Shown piece by piece: positions 1 to 9,318 of a stretch of 64,000 bases of DNA. Origin of the DNA: an uncultured Rhabdochlamydiaceae bacterium (GTDB lineage Bacteria > Chlamydiota > Chlamydiia > Chlamydiales > Rhabdochlamydiaceae); contig CAVQHD010000001.1 of the NCBI GenBank assembly GCA_963712275.1, forward strand, positions 992,001 through 1,056,000, given 5' to 3'. The stretch's first letter is position 1, and every line of letters starts with the position of its first letter. Below the pieces are notes generated by a model. The model was not told where the DNA came from and did no database searches. It saw only the letters and a list, made by a program, of their open reading frames with translations. Made by a program: the position numbers and the translations under genes.

Positions 1-24
1 ATTTTGAACTTCGAGAAGGGTCAT
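1..24 (-). CDS. oppD: 5' fragment of probable oligopeptide ABC ATPase (runs off window)
   Basis: ATG at 24 overlaps the oppC stop (ATGA); reads MTLLEVQN, a typical OppD/DppD N-terminus; only 8 codons visible. Confidence 0.55.
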
Positions 25-875
25 AACTTAATTCTCGGGTCGAAGGCATCGCGAATTCCATCTCCGACCAGGTTAAAACAAAGCATCGTGGCGCTAATCA
101 AAAAAGCTGGAAAAAACAATCTCCAAGGGAAATACCGGAGGGCTGAAAGACCATCGTTTGCCATCGATCCCCAACTTGCAATGGGCGCTTGAACACCAAG
201 CCCTAAAAAGCTTAAAAAAGCTTCTGCAAAAATCGCCGTTGGGATGGAAAAGGTCATCGTTGTAATAATGGGCCCCATGGCATTTGGAAGCAAATGTCGA
301 AAAAGGAGCCTAGTTTTTGAAGCTCCTAGAACAATAGCTGCCTGGGCATATTCAAGTTGTTTGAGTCGAAGAATCTCTCCTCGGACAACCCTCGACATGG
401 GGATCCATCCTGTGAGTGTCAAAGCAATAATAATCGTTGAGAGCCCAGAGCCCATGACGACAGTCAGCAGGATGACGAGCAAAAGATAAGGAATCGAATA
501 AAAAATATCTGCCGTGCGCATCAAAACCTCATCTCCTTTGTTTCCGCAAAGCCCCGCGATAGATCCATAGACAACTCCGATCACAAGATCAATGGTTGCC
601 GCCGTCATTCCAACGAACAGTGAAATCCGGGCGCCCCACCAGATCCGTGTAAAAATATCTCGTCCAAGGTCATCGGTTCCAAACCAAAACTGGAGAGAAG
701 GAGGAAGATTTTTAAGAGGTAAATGGGTTTCATAATAGGGGTAAGGAGAGAGGAAAGGCCCAACGAGAGCCATCATAAAAAGAAATGACAAGATCCAAAG
801 GGCGCACATCACCTGCTTTTGCGCTCTTAAACGAGCCCACGAGGTGCTCCAATAGGTGGTTGCCTCATTGTCCAT
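21..875 (-). CDS. oppC: oligopeptide ABC transporter permease
   Basis: WFGTDDLGRDIFTRIWWGARISL, EAA-loop, DGIRDAFDPR C-terminus. Confidence 0.9.
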   Translation of the reverse strand: MDNEATTYWSTSWARLRAQKQVMCALWILSFLFMMALVGPFLSPYPYYETHLPLKNLPPSLQFWFGTDDLGRDIFTRIWWGARISLFVGMTAATIDLVIGVVYGSIAGLCGNKGDEVLMRTADIFYSIPYLLLVILLTVVMGSGLSTIIIALTLTGWIPMSRVVRGEILRLKQLEYAQAAIVLGASKTRLLFRHLLPNAMGPIITTMTFSIPTAIFAEAFLSFLGLGVQAPIASWGSMANDGLSALRYFPWRLFFPAFLISATMLCFNLVGDGIRDAFDPRIKL

Positions 876-1794
876 TTACGGCCCCTTTAATACGAGGGTC
901 AAGGCATGAGTATAAAATATCGACGATAAAAATACATAGCATCAGAAAGGCACTATAAAAAATTGTCAGCGACATGATAAGAGAATAATCTCGATTAAAA
1001 ACACTTAAGACAAACCATTGCCCCAGTCCTGGAATGCCGAAGATTTTTTCAATGACAAAACTTCCTGTCAGCACATTAGCTGTCAAAGAGCCTAGATAAG
1101 TAACCACAGGGAGGAGGGAATTGCGTAGAGCGTGTTTAAAGATAATCTGAAAGATGGAAAGCCCTTTTGCTTTAGCTGTGAGGATATAGTCTTGCTGAAG
1201 AACTTCAACCATGCTGGAGCGTGTGAGCCTGGCAATCATCGCCATTGGAAGTGCAGAGAGAGACAAAGCGGGGAGAAGGGTGTGCTCAAAAGTGCCCCAC
1301 CGAGCAACAGGTAGCCAATCGAGTTGCATTGAAAAAATATATTGAAGAATGGAGGCTAAAATAAAACTAGGGACTGAAATGCCAAGGACAGCTGCAAACA
1401 TGGTCAGTTGATCTTGCAGCCTGCCTCGTTTTAAAGCAGCTAAGGCCCCAAGCGAGATCCCGCCGCTGATCGCCAGCAAAAGAGCTTCGAGACCCAGCGT
1501 GAGAGAAATCGGAAAGCCATCTCGAATAATGTCATTTGCCGTTCGGCCCAGATATTTCAATGAAGGGCCCAAATCTCCGTGTAAGAGGTTTAGGAGATAA
1601 GTTGCATATTGTTCCCAAAGAGGCTTATCGAGTCCATAATGCCGATGAAGCGCCTGCACGATTTCTAAGGGAATCATCTCTTCATCTAAAAAAGGGTCCC
1701 CTGGAATAGCGTGAGTTAATAAAAAAGTTAGGGTCACAACAACCCATAAAGAGGCGGCAAGAACAACAATTTTTTTTATTAGGTACTTAAACAC
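865..1794 (-). CDS. oppB: oligopeptide ABC transporter permease
   Basis: IPGDPF, YGLDKPLWEQY, TAKAKGL, HALRNSLLP motifs; GTG start. Confidence 0.9.
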   Translation of the reverse strand: MFKYLIKKIVVLAASLWVVVTLTFLLTHAIPGDPFLDEEMIPLEIVQALHRHYGLDKPLWEQYATYLLNLLHGDLGPSLKYLGRTANDIIRDGFPISLTLGLEALLLAISGGISLGALAALKRGRLQDQLTMFAAVLGISVPSFILASILQYIFSMQLDWLPVARWGTFEHTLLPALSLSALPMAMIARLTRSSMVEVLQQDYILTAKAKGLSIFQIIFKHALRNSLLPVVTYLGSLTANVLTGSFVIEKIFGIPGLGQWFVLSVFNRDYSLIMSLTIFYSAFLMLCIFIVDILYSCLDPRIKGAVNGQ

Positions 1795-1824
1795 AAAAAA
1801 CAGTGTATACTTCTAAAAGTATAT

Positions 1825-3210
1825 ATGAAAAGGGTTAAAGATCTTAAGAATAAAATTCACCTGACAAGCCTAGGCTGTGCCAGAAATCTTGTCGATAGCG
1901 AGGTGATGCTGGGCCTCCTTCTGAAAGCAGGGTATCAGCCGACAGAAAAACTTGAAGAGGCCGACTTCCTCATTGTGAATACATGTGGTTTTTTGGCCGA
2001 GTCAAGGCAAGAGTCTTGCGATACGATTGACGCTCTTCTTCGAGACCGTAAAAAAGGGGGCAAGGTCATTGTTGCAGGATGCATGGTGCAAAAATATGGA
2101 CCTGAAATCCGAAGCCGCTTTCCCGATGTCCACTATTTCCTCGGGTCGGGAGATATGGAAAAAATTTTAGAGGCTGTAGGGACACTAGAGCCGGGAGAGA
2201 CCATTTCATCTGCCCGCAGCTACCTCGAATGGGGTGAAATTCCCCGGCAATTATCGACTCCGAAATCTTATGCTTATCTTAAGATCGCTGAAGGGTGTAT
2301 GAAGAGGTGCTCGTTTTGTATCATCCCTTCGATTAAAGGGCCGCTTCGTTCAAAGGGGGAGGCTCAAATCGTCAAAGAGTTTCATGCTCTTCTTTCTCAA
2401 GGGATTCATGAAGTGATTTTGATTGCGCAAGATTTAGGCGACTATGGAAAAGATCGGAGAGAAAAAGAGGCTTTGACACACCTTTTAAGAGAGATGTTGA
2501 AGAGTGATAAAAAATTCTGGATTCGCCTTCTGTACCTCTATCCCGATGAAATCACCCCTGACATGATGGACCTTTTGGAAGAAGACCCCCGGCTATGCCG
2601 GTATTTTGATATGCCGATTCAACACATTAGCGATCCGATTTTAAAAGCGATGCGAAGAAAAACCTCCCGAAAGCAGATCATTGATACAATCACGGCGTTG
2701 CGAGCCCGTTTTCCGGATATTGTGCTCCGAACAAGCTTAATGGTTGGATTTCCCGGAGAGACAGAAGAGCAGTTCCAAGAGCTGATCGATTTTGTTCAAG
2801 AGTATCCCTTAGATAACGTCGGTATTTTTAAATACTCAAGAGAAGAAGAGTCTCATTCTGCAACACTGCCGGGACATCTTCCCGAAGAGGTTAAACAAAG
2901 ACGATTTGAAGCCTTGGCCAAGGTTCAGCAAGAAGTTGTCGTAAGCCGCCTTCGCCGCTATATTGGGAGAGTCCTCGAAGTTATCGTCGAGGGGCACCAT
3001 CCTGATTCTCCCTACTTGATGAGAGGCCGTTTTTATGGGCAATGTCCTGAGATTGATGGCCTGGTGATCATCACCGATGGAGAGCTTGTGAAATCGTTTG
3101 GAAAATTCTATAACGTTGAAATCACCGATGTCGCAGGGTATGACCTCATCGGCCGCGTGATCAGCCTCTCTTCCAGATCTAAAGCGCGTTTATGTCTCGC
3201 GTCATCTTAA
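1825..3210 (+). CDS. rimO: ribosomal protein S12 methylthiotransferase (radical SAM)
   Basis: SLGCARNLVDSE, NTCGF, KIAEGCMKRCSFCIIP (CxxxCxxC), PEIDG TRAM end. Confidence 0.92.
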   Translation: MKRVKDLKNKIHLTSLGCARNLVDSEVMLGLLLKAGYQPTEKLEEADFLIVNTCGFLAESRQESCDTIDALLRDRKKGGKVIVAGCMVQKYGPEIRSRFPDVHYFLGSGDMEKILEAVGTLEPGETISSARSYLEWGEIPRQLSTPKSYAYLKIAEGCMKRCSFCIIPSIKGPLRSKGEAQIVKEFHALLSQGIHEVILIAQDLGDYGKDRREKEALTHLLREMLKSDKKFWIRLLYLYPDEITPDMMDLLEEDPRLCRYFDMPIQHISDPILKAMRRKTSRKQIIDTITALRARFPDIVLRTSLMVGFPGETEEQFQELIDFVQEYPLDNVGIFKYSREEESHSATLPGHLPEEVKQRRFEALAKVQQEVVVSRLRRYIGRVLEVIVEGHHPDSPYLMRGRFYGQCPEIDGLVIITDGELVKSFGKFYNVEITDVAGYDLIGRVISLSSRSKARLCLASS

Positions 3211-4340
3211 AACCTGGGAGAGAAAAGTCGGTTCTCCAAAGGCATCCGTGGATTTTTTCCGGAGCCATTGAATGCCGTCCCGACCATCCACCAGGGCAGA
3301 TGTTTCCAGTCTACTCTTCTCATAGCAATCTGCTGGGACACGGTTATTTCCACCCCACCAATTCCATCGCAGGCCGTCTTCTGAACTTCAGCTCGCAAGA
3401 TCCTCAAAGCTCTCTTAAAGAGCAGATCGATCATGCAATTGCCCTGCGCCAATCCCTCGTCCCAGAATCGGGAAGACGGCTCATCAATGCGGAAGGAGAT
3501 GGACTACCCGGGCTTATTGTTGATCAATATGGAGCGACCCTTGTCGTGCAGATTCACACCGCCGGAATAAACCTCTTAAAACCCCTGATTATGGGCCACC
3601 TAATTTCCCGCCTCCAGCCCGAGGCCATTTACGAAAAATCGACCTCGGCAGCGCGCCATCAAGAAGGGCTTCCCGACATCGAGCAGCTTCTCTATGGTCA
3701 AGAGACCCTTGAAGTCATTATCCAAGAGGGCGGCATCTCTTACATTATCCCGATTCTAGAAGGGCAAAAGACAGGGTTCTTTTTAGATCAGAGGCGTATG
3801 CGGGAAAGAATTATGCATCTATCGCAGGGTAAAAAAGTCCTCAATTGCTTTGGGTATACAGGAGGATTTTCTCTCGCAGCTTTGAAGGGAGGAGCCATTC
3901 ACGTCGACACCGTTGAAATCTCTTCCGACGCTTGCAAACTAGCCGCCAGGCACGCATTTGACCCAAACAGGCACCACATCATTCAGGCCGATGCGTTTCA
4001 ATTCTTAAACTCCAATCCCCTCAACTACGACCTCGTTATTCTAGATCCTCCCGCTTTTGCTAAAAAAAGGGCAGATGTGCCCGCCGCTTCCAAAGGGTAC
4101 CGAGAGATCAACCGATGGGCGTTTGAGAAAATGCCTTCCCGTTCCATTCTACTGACCAGCAGCTGCTCGTCTTACATCGACTCCACCCTCTTCCAGCAAA
4201 TCGTCTTTCAAGCTGCAGCAGGGGCAAAGCGATCCGTCCGCATTCTAGGACGGCACGAGCATGCCTTCGACCACCCCGTTTCGCTCTTCCACCCCGAAGG
4301 GGATTACCTTAAAAGTTTGCTCCTATACATCGATGTGTGA
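3192..4340 (+). CDS. rlmI: RlmI-family SAM-dependent rRNA methyltransferase
   Basis: PUA N-terminus RHPWIFSGA, GQKTGFFLDQR, ILDPPAFAK, PEGDYLK. Confidence 0.85.
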   Translation: MSRVILKPGREKSVLQRHPWIFSGAIECRPDHPPGQMFPVYSSHSNLLGHGYFHPTNSIAGRLLNFSSQDPQSSLKEQIDHAIALRQSLVPESGRRLINAEGDGLPGLIVDQYGATLVVQIHTAGINLLKPLIMGHLISRLQPEAIYEKSTSAARHQEGLPDIEQLLYGQETLEVIIQEGGISYIIPILEGQKTGFFLDQRRMRERIMHLSQGKKVLNCFGYTGGFSLAALKGGAIHVDTVEISSDACKLAARHAFDPNRHHIIQADAFQFLNSNPLNYDLVILDPPAFAKKRADVPAASKGYREINRWAFEKMPSRSILLTSSCSSYIDSTLFQQIVFQAAAGAKRSVRILGRHEHAFDHPVSLFHPEGDYLKSLLLYIDV

Positions 4341-4362
4341 AGCAGTTAAAAACATTACTTAG

Positions 4363-4534
4363 GAGGTAGCTCGCAAAACTCAGGTTCAGTCGATTTTCGG
4401 GATTATTTTGACCGATTTTCGATCCAAATTGCGGGGGTAATATCGACTTTCAGTATATTACCCCCGCAATTTGGATCGAAAATCGGTCAAAATAATCCCG
4501 AAAATCGACGAACCTGAGTTTTGCGAGCTACCTC
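4363..4534. repeat. 172-bp near-perfect palindrome (element A), MITE-like
   Basis: 80-bp arms (one bulged A at 4388), 11-nt loop 4444-4454; TTAG on both flanks (4359-4362, 4535-4538). Confidence 0.92.
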
Positions 4535-4761
4535 TTAGGAAAGAGATGGTTTTTGACAGCGCAATATGTAGGCTTTTTTAATCGTAAATCCAAATTTTTC
4601 AGAAAAAGGCTCAACTGAAAAGTCTTTAGGGGATTCTTTAAAACCACCATTTGTCAGAGGGCAAACCTCCTGTAGGAATGGTACCACTGGATCTGTGCTA
4701 TCAAGAATGACAACTCGAGAAAATTGAACAAGCTCAGAATCGCTTCGAAGATTCCTATTCC

Positions 4762-4821
4762 AAAATCCTGCAATTTACTGTTGCAGGATATTGCCGGATT
4801 TTGCAGGATTGTTGGTATAAC
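4762..4821 (+). promoter_or_regulatory. operator-like repeat array over putative promoter of 4836 gene
   Basis: TTGC(A/C)GGAT x3 at 10-bp period (4781, 4791, 4801) plus inverted copy 4762-4773; extended -10 TGgTATAAC 4813-4821. Confidence 0.65.
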
Positions 4822-4835
4822 ATGGAGCTTTCCCA

Positions 4836-6224
4836 GTGGAACTTGAGAAACTTCTCGCTCAGCCAGAATCTAAGACATTGGAATTTAAGAGGGACATGTC
4901 CTCTATGGATTCTATCCTTAAAACAATTGTTGCATTTGCCAACACGGCAGGAGGAATATTAATTATTGGACGTTCTATGGAAGGTGTTGAAGGGTTAAAA
5001 AACATTTTTAAAGCAGAGGAGGCGCTTGCCAACTCCATCGCTGATAGTATTCGTCCTTCTATTCTTCCTGAAATCGAAATTGCCAGTCTCGGCAGCAAAG
5101 ATTTGCTCGTGGTTAAGGTCTCTTATTGGAAAGCACCCTTTTATCTCAAGAAAGAAGGGGTGCCTGGTGGGGTTTATATTCGATTAGGGTCCACCAGCCG
5201 TCCTGCGAGCCCAGAGCTTTTAGCTGAGATGCAACGGTCTGTCTTAACATTGTCGTTTGATCAGCAGCCCATGCTGGAAGTATCTAAAGAAGCCTTGGAT
5301 GTGGATCATGTAGCCGAAGCTTTTAAAACCATTGGTAAAGTGGCTAATGAGGAAAAACTCCGATCTTTGGGAATTCTTGTTCGAGGATCTCATCGGCTTG
5401 CGCCTTCCATAGGAGGATTGATTCTCTTTGGACAAAAAACAGATCGAGGGCAGTTTGTCCCTGATGCGCGTGTCAGCTGCGCCCGCTTTCTCGGCGATAC
5501 TAAAAGCACTATTTTGGATCGGTACGAGGTGGATGGGACAATTTTAGATGCTGTGAATGAGGTTCCAAAATTTATCGCGCGTAATACCCGTCTAGCGGCT
5601 CGAATTGAAGGAATGCGAAGACAAGACATTCCTGAATATAATCCAATCGCTGTTCGAGAAACGTTGATCAACGCTCTTGTTCACGCGGACTATTCACTCA
5701 AAGGCTCCCATATTCAAGTCGCTATCTTCGACGATCGGTTGGAGATTCAAAATCCTGGCATGTTTCCCTTTGGTTTTACAATTGAAGATCTCAAAACAGG
5801 AGTGAGCCGAATACGAAACCGGGTTATTGCTCGTGTTTTTCGTGAGCTTCAATGGATGGAAGAGTGGGGAAGCGGCTACAAGCGGATTATTGAAGCATGC
5901 CAAAAAGGGGGATATCCCGAACCAGTATGGGAGGAATTTGGTACCACAATCCGTGTGACTTTTTATTCCCATTCTCTACCGTTTGTACTCAGAGAGCAGG
6001 GGCCTGAATGGGAAGAGGAGTTTATCGGAGAGCGGGAAAAGGCAATACTGCGCCTCTTCCGGAAGGGAGAAAAGATCCCTTTTCGCGAGATTTTTAAGCG
6101 ATTGGTACCCCGTATTTCTGAGAGGATGCTCCGCTATGATCTAGCCGAACTCAAGAGAAAGGGTTTTGTTGTTTCTCAAGGTAAAGGGCGAGCAATCGTC
6201 TGGCAGAGAGTGAAAGAAGGATAA
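4836..6224 (+). CDS. AlbA_2 (Schlafen-like) / HATPase_c_4 / C-terminal wHTH protein (RecG-C-like family)
   Basis: ESKTLEFK..VAFANTAGG; RETLINALVHADY, NPG, EEWGSG; SERMLRYDLAEL..G wHTH. Confidence 0.85.
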   Translation: MELEKLLAQPESKTLEFKRDMSSMDSILKTIVAFANTAGGILIIGRSMEGVEGLKNIFKAEEALANSIADSIRPSILPEIEIASLGSKDLLVVKVSYWKAPFYLKKEGVPGGVYIRLGSTSRPASPELLAEMQRSVLTLSFDQQPMLEVSKEALDVDHVAEAFKTIGKVANEEKLRSLGILVRGSHRLAPSIGGLILFGQKTDRGQFVPDARVSCARFLGDTKSTILDRYEVDGTILDAVNEVPKFIARNTRLAARIEGMRRQDIPEYNPIAVRETLINALVHADYSLKGSHIQVAIFDDRLEIQNPGMFPFGFTIEDLKTGVSRIRNRVIARVFRELQWMEEWGSGYKRIIEACQKGGYPEPVWEEFGTTIRVTFYSHSLPFVLREQGPEWEEEFIGEREKAILRLFRKGEKIPFREIFKRLVPRISERMLRYDLAELKRKGFVVSQGKGRAIVWQRVKEG

Positions 6225-6255
6225 TAATCTCGAAGAAATCTTTTAGGTATGCTTT

Positions 6256-7500
6256 CTAATCTCCGAATGTTTTTTTCAGCCATTCCTCCCAGTCAACTTC
6301 ATTTGCAGAAGTATCATTCGACGATTGTGAAGAGAAGTCGAGTTGGATCAAAGCTGGTAGGTTGCACAGCTCTGCGGGAAATGAAGAAATTTGATTGTGA
6401 GAGATCCAGAGGCCTTGTAGAGATGTTAAAGTGCAGACGATCGATGGGAAGGTCTTAAAGCGGTTGAAAGGGAGGAGAAGTCCTTTCAAAGCTGTTAGCT
6501 GAATAATCGTACTAGGAAGAGATGATAGTGCGTTATTGTAGAGAAAAAGACATTGCAAAGCCGTTAGTCCACCAATGGCATCAGGAAGCGATTCGATATG
6601 ACAACTGCCAAGCCGAAGCATTTGCAGACTTGTTAACTGACTTATAGAATCAGGAAATGTTGTCAAAGGATTATCAGAGAGGTCGAGTTCTTCTAAAGCT
6701 GTTAACTCACCAATCGTATTAGGGAGCGATCTTAGTAGATTCTTTTCGGCTTGGAGTTGTTTTAAAGCCGTTAGCTGACTTATGGAATCAGGAAGTGTTG
6801 TCAGAGAGTTATTAGAGATATAGAGTTCTTTTAAAGCTGTTAGCCTACCAATCACATTGGGGAGTAATGTAAGATGGAGATCTTCAAGATTGAGGTTTTC
6901 TAAAGCTGTTAATTTCCAGAGTTCTTTGGGAATTCTCTTCAGTTCGACGAAGTCAGAAATGGAGAAGTGATAACGATAGCGTATCCAAAGAAGAGTAATT
7001 TTTTCAATTGCTAGGGGATTATCGAATAGGGAGTGAATATCACTCCCCTTCTTTAAGATTGAAGGAATAGAGACGCTGTCCAGAGGGGCTAAAGCGTACT
7101 CATCTACGAATCGAAGTTTTTGATGGTGGAATAGAATGGTAGTTGTTGCATCGATGAGGCGTTCTGCATTCGCATACGAAGAAGGAGTGTGTAAATCGAT
7201 TCCAAGCTGGGAAGATATATCTGAAGTTTTAAATACTTGATCTACAACTTTAAGCTCTTGCAATAGTTGGTGATAAGCGGTGGCTTGGAACGTACAAGCA
7301 GAATCGACCTTTCCAATAAGCTCATTGGTGTGGGGAGATAGATACCGGCTGACTGAAGGGATGAGGCTCAGGTCTTGGCTGATTCGATAGAAACCTTTGG
7401 AGACAGCAGAGGTTAGGAGAGGGCTCTCTAAGTGCTTGAGAATCTCAAGAATCATGTCATCGGGAAGCTTATCAAAATAAGAGGGACGGGGTCGATTCAT
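6256..7500 (-). CDS. F-box + leucine-rich-repeat protein (candidate secreted effector)
   Basis: Probable ATG 7500 (ATGA overlap with upstream stop); FDKLPDDMILEILKHL..VSKGF F-box; about ten 23-aa LRRs. Confidence 0.85.
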   Translation of the reverse strand: MNRPRPSYFDKLPDDMILEILKHLESPLLTSAVSKGFYRISQDLSLIPSVSRYLSPHTNELIGKVDSACTFQATAYHQLLQELKVVDQVFKTSDISSQLGIDLHTPSSYANAERLIDATTTILFHHQKLRFVDEYALAPLDSVSIPSILKKGSDIHSLFDNPLAIEKITLLWIRYRYHFSISDFVELKRIPKELWKLTALENLNLEDLHLTLLPNVIGRLTALKELYISNNSLTTLPDSISQLTALKQLQAEKNLLRSLPNTIGELTALEELDLSDNPLTTFPDSISQLTSLQMLRLGSCHIESLPDAIGGLTALQCLFLYNNALSSLPSTIIQLTALKGLLLPFNRFKTFPSIVCTLTSLQGLWISHNQISSFPAELCNLPALIQLDFSSQSSNDTSANEVDWEEWLKKTFGD

Positions 7501-8000
7501 CCACCGGCATAAATTGTAAAGATTGAGGAGAGAAGGGTTGTAAATAGCAGGCGCGATGTAGAAAAAATGGCAAGAGACGCTGCTGTAGCCAGTTGCGCGA
7601 CATGGCAAGCTGTATCCCAGGAAGTGCTCTTGTAGCTTTTGCATAATCGCTCGAAAGAAATTCTAACTTTCTTGAAGGTTTTTGTATTTTGATATTGAGG
7701 GTAAATTATCATCGCCGCCTTTTTTATCAGGAACGTGGAGCTGATGATAATCATCAGTAATCCTACTGCCTTGTTCGCTCGCAAAGAGGCAGGGAGAGGG
7801 AAAGAAACTCTTGGAAGAAGCGGCTGGCATAGGTGACCTACACTTGCGCAAGTGATTGCTGTTTGAATGAATGTGAAATACCGGTTGATTTTAGTAGTCA
7901 TTTCAGGAGTCGCAAAAGAGTGGAGGAGTGTATCGGAAAGAGTGGTGATGACCCATGTTGATTGAAAAAAGAGATTAACAGAAAAGGTTACTCTTGACAT
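7497..8000 (-). CDS. hypothetical membrane protein
   Basis: Probable ATG 8000 within ORF 7497-8183; several hydrophobic segments; overlaps sufE stop and LRR start. Confidence 0.55.
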   Translation of the reverse strand: MSRVTFSVNLFFQSTWVITTLSDTLLHSFATPEMTTKINRYFTFIQTAITCASVGHLCQPLLPRVSFPLPASLRANKAVGLLMIIISSTFLIKKAAMIIYPQYQNTKTFKKVRISFERLCKSYKSTSWDTACHVAQLATAASLAIFSTSRLLFTTLLSSIFTIYAGG

Positions 8001-8421
8001 CTCTTGCTCTAGACAGAATTTTAACTGCTTCTTCCTGCATTTTTTTAAAGAGGCTGGAAAGCCCATTGGAGCGGGCAGGGGAAAGGGCATGGTGAAGCCC
8101 GATTTCTTTGAGGAAAAGCGGCGGAACTTTGAAGAGAGTCTCAGGAGGGGTTCCTGAGTAGACTTCAATGAGAAGGGCGGCAAGACCCTTGGAAATGAGG
8201 GCTTCTGAGTCGGCGTTAAAGTAAATCAGCCCATCGCGCATTTCAACTTCAAGGTAAAGAAGACTTTGACAACCTGAAACGAGGTTCTGCTCCGTACGGG
8301 CGGTAGGGGAAAGGGGAGGGAGCTGTCGTCCCATTTCAATAATTTTTTCATACTTTTCTTCCGGGGACGAAAAAGACAAAAAAATCTCTTTTAATTTTTG
8401 CTGTTTCTCTAAGGCAGCCAT
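7975..8421 (-). CDS. sufE: SufE-family sulfur acceptor
   Basis: NLVSGCQS, ADSEALISKGL, LSPARSNG. Confidence 0.88.
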   Translation of the reverse strand: MAALEKQQKLKEIFLSFSSPEEKYEKIIEMGRQLPPLSPTARTEQNLVSGCQSLLYLEVEMRDGLIYFNADSEALISKGLAALLIEVYSGTPPETLFKVPPLFLKEIGLHHALSPARSNGLSSLFKKMQEEAVKILSRARDVKSNLFC

Positions 8422-8503
8422 GCAGACTATGATATCGTAATGTAGATTAGAGTTGAAATGGTTCTTTTAGAATAATCCGAAGGTTTGCTAAGATCACCGC
8501 CAT

Positions 8504-8589
8504 GAACCTACCCTGGTAAAAAATTTTAGTCGATTTTCGGGTCAAAATAATCCCGCAAATCGACTGAAATCTTTTACCAGGGTAGGTTC
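8504..8589. repeat. 86-bp palindrome (element B) upstream of infA
   Basis: GAACCTACCCTGGTAAAA / TTTTACCAGGGTAGGTTC arms; core GTCGATTTTCGGG..TCAAAATAATCCCG..AAATCGAC shared with element A. Confidence 0.85.
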
Positions 8590-8608
8590 GTCGTTTACCC
8601 AGAGAATT

Positions 8609-8827
8609 ATGCCTAAAGAAGATACAATTAAAATCGATGGAAGTGTCGAAGAGCTCCTTCCGAACATGCATTTTCGCGTGTCGCTTCAAAACGGAATGAA
8701 AGTGATTGCCCACCTGTGTGGAAAAATGAGAATGCGCAATATTCGCGTTTTAGTGGGTGATGTCGTCACGGTGGAAATGTCGCCTTACGACTTGACCAAA
8801 GCCCGAATTATTTATCGTCAAAAATAA
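8609..8827 (+). CDS. infA: translation initiation factor IF-1
   Basis: [33 protein letters not shown]. Confidence 0.97.
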   Translation: MPKEDTIKIDGSVEELLPNMHFRVSLQNGMKVIAHLCGKMRMRNIRVLVGDVVTVEMSPYDLTKARIIYRQK

Positions 8828-8844
8828 TTTTAATCACTTATCCC

Positions 8845-8873
8845 TTGAATTTATTTAGTTTGCAAAGTATGCT
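8845..8873 (+). promoter_or_regulatory. sigma70/sigma66-type promoter for tRNA-Thr/tuf
   Basis: TTGAAT-17 nt-TATGCT. Confidence 0.6.
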
Positions 8874-8884
8874 AGGCCCCTTTA

Positions 8885-9040
8885 GAAGCTGTCTTGAAAC
8901 TCAGGTTTCATCGCTTTTTGGAGGATTTTTGGCCGATTTTCGATTCAAATGTCAGGGGTTATATACGCAAGTTGATATGACCCCCGACATTTGAATCGAA
9001 AATTGGCTCAAAAGAACCCCAAAATCGACAGAAGCTTAAT
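8885..9040. repeat. diverged palindrome (element C), homologous to element A
   Basis: AAACTCAGG..CCGATTTTCGATTCAAATGTCAGGGGTTATAT / ATATGACCCCCGACATTTGAATCGAAAATTGG; aligns by eye to A; right end degenerate. Confidence 0.8.
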
Positions 9041-9204
9041 TCAATGTCGGTCCCGGAAGAGAGTTCTGGCGAATTGATTTGAACGAGGCCTCAGTTTTGA
9101 GTTCGTAGAGGGCAGCCCCGGAGCTTTCTTGGCAGACTATATGCCCCAGATTGTGGAATATCGAATGAGCCCAGAATGAGTCCAGGTGGCCCAGATGGCT
9201 CGGA

Positions 9205-9276
9205 GCCCAGGTAGCTCAGTGGTAGAGCACTTGCATGGTAAGCAAGTGGTCGTAGGTTCAATTCCTATCTTGGGCA
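9205..9276 (+). tRNA. tRNA-Thr(GGT)
   Basis: GCCCAGG/CTTGGGC acceptor, CTTGC-ATGGTAA-GCAAG anticodon arm, GGTTCAATT T-loop; CCA not encoded. Confidence 0.95.
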
Positions 9277-9318
9277 TAGAAATAGGCGCCTGGTATAAAA
9301 TTTAAATGGAGAAATTGA

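Noticed and set aside
4540..4760. Possible gene remnant between element A and the AlbA_2 gene
   Set aside because: A short open frame exists but I recognise no motif or start signal
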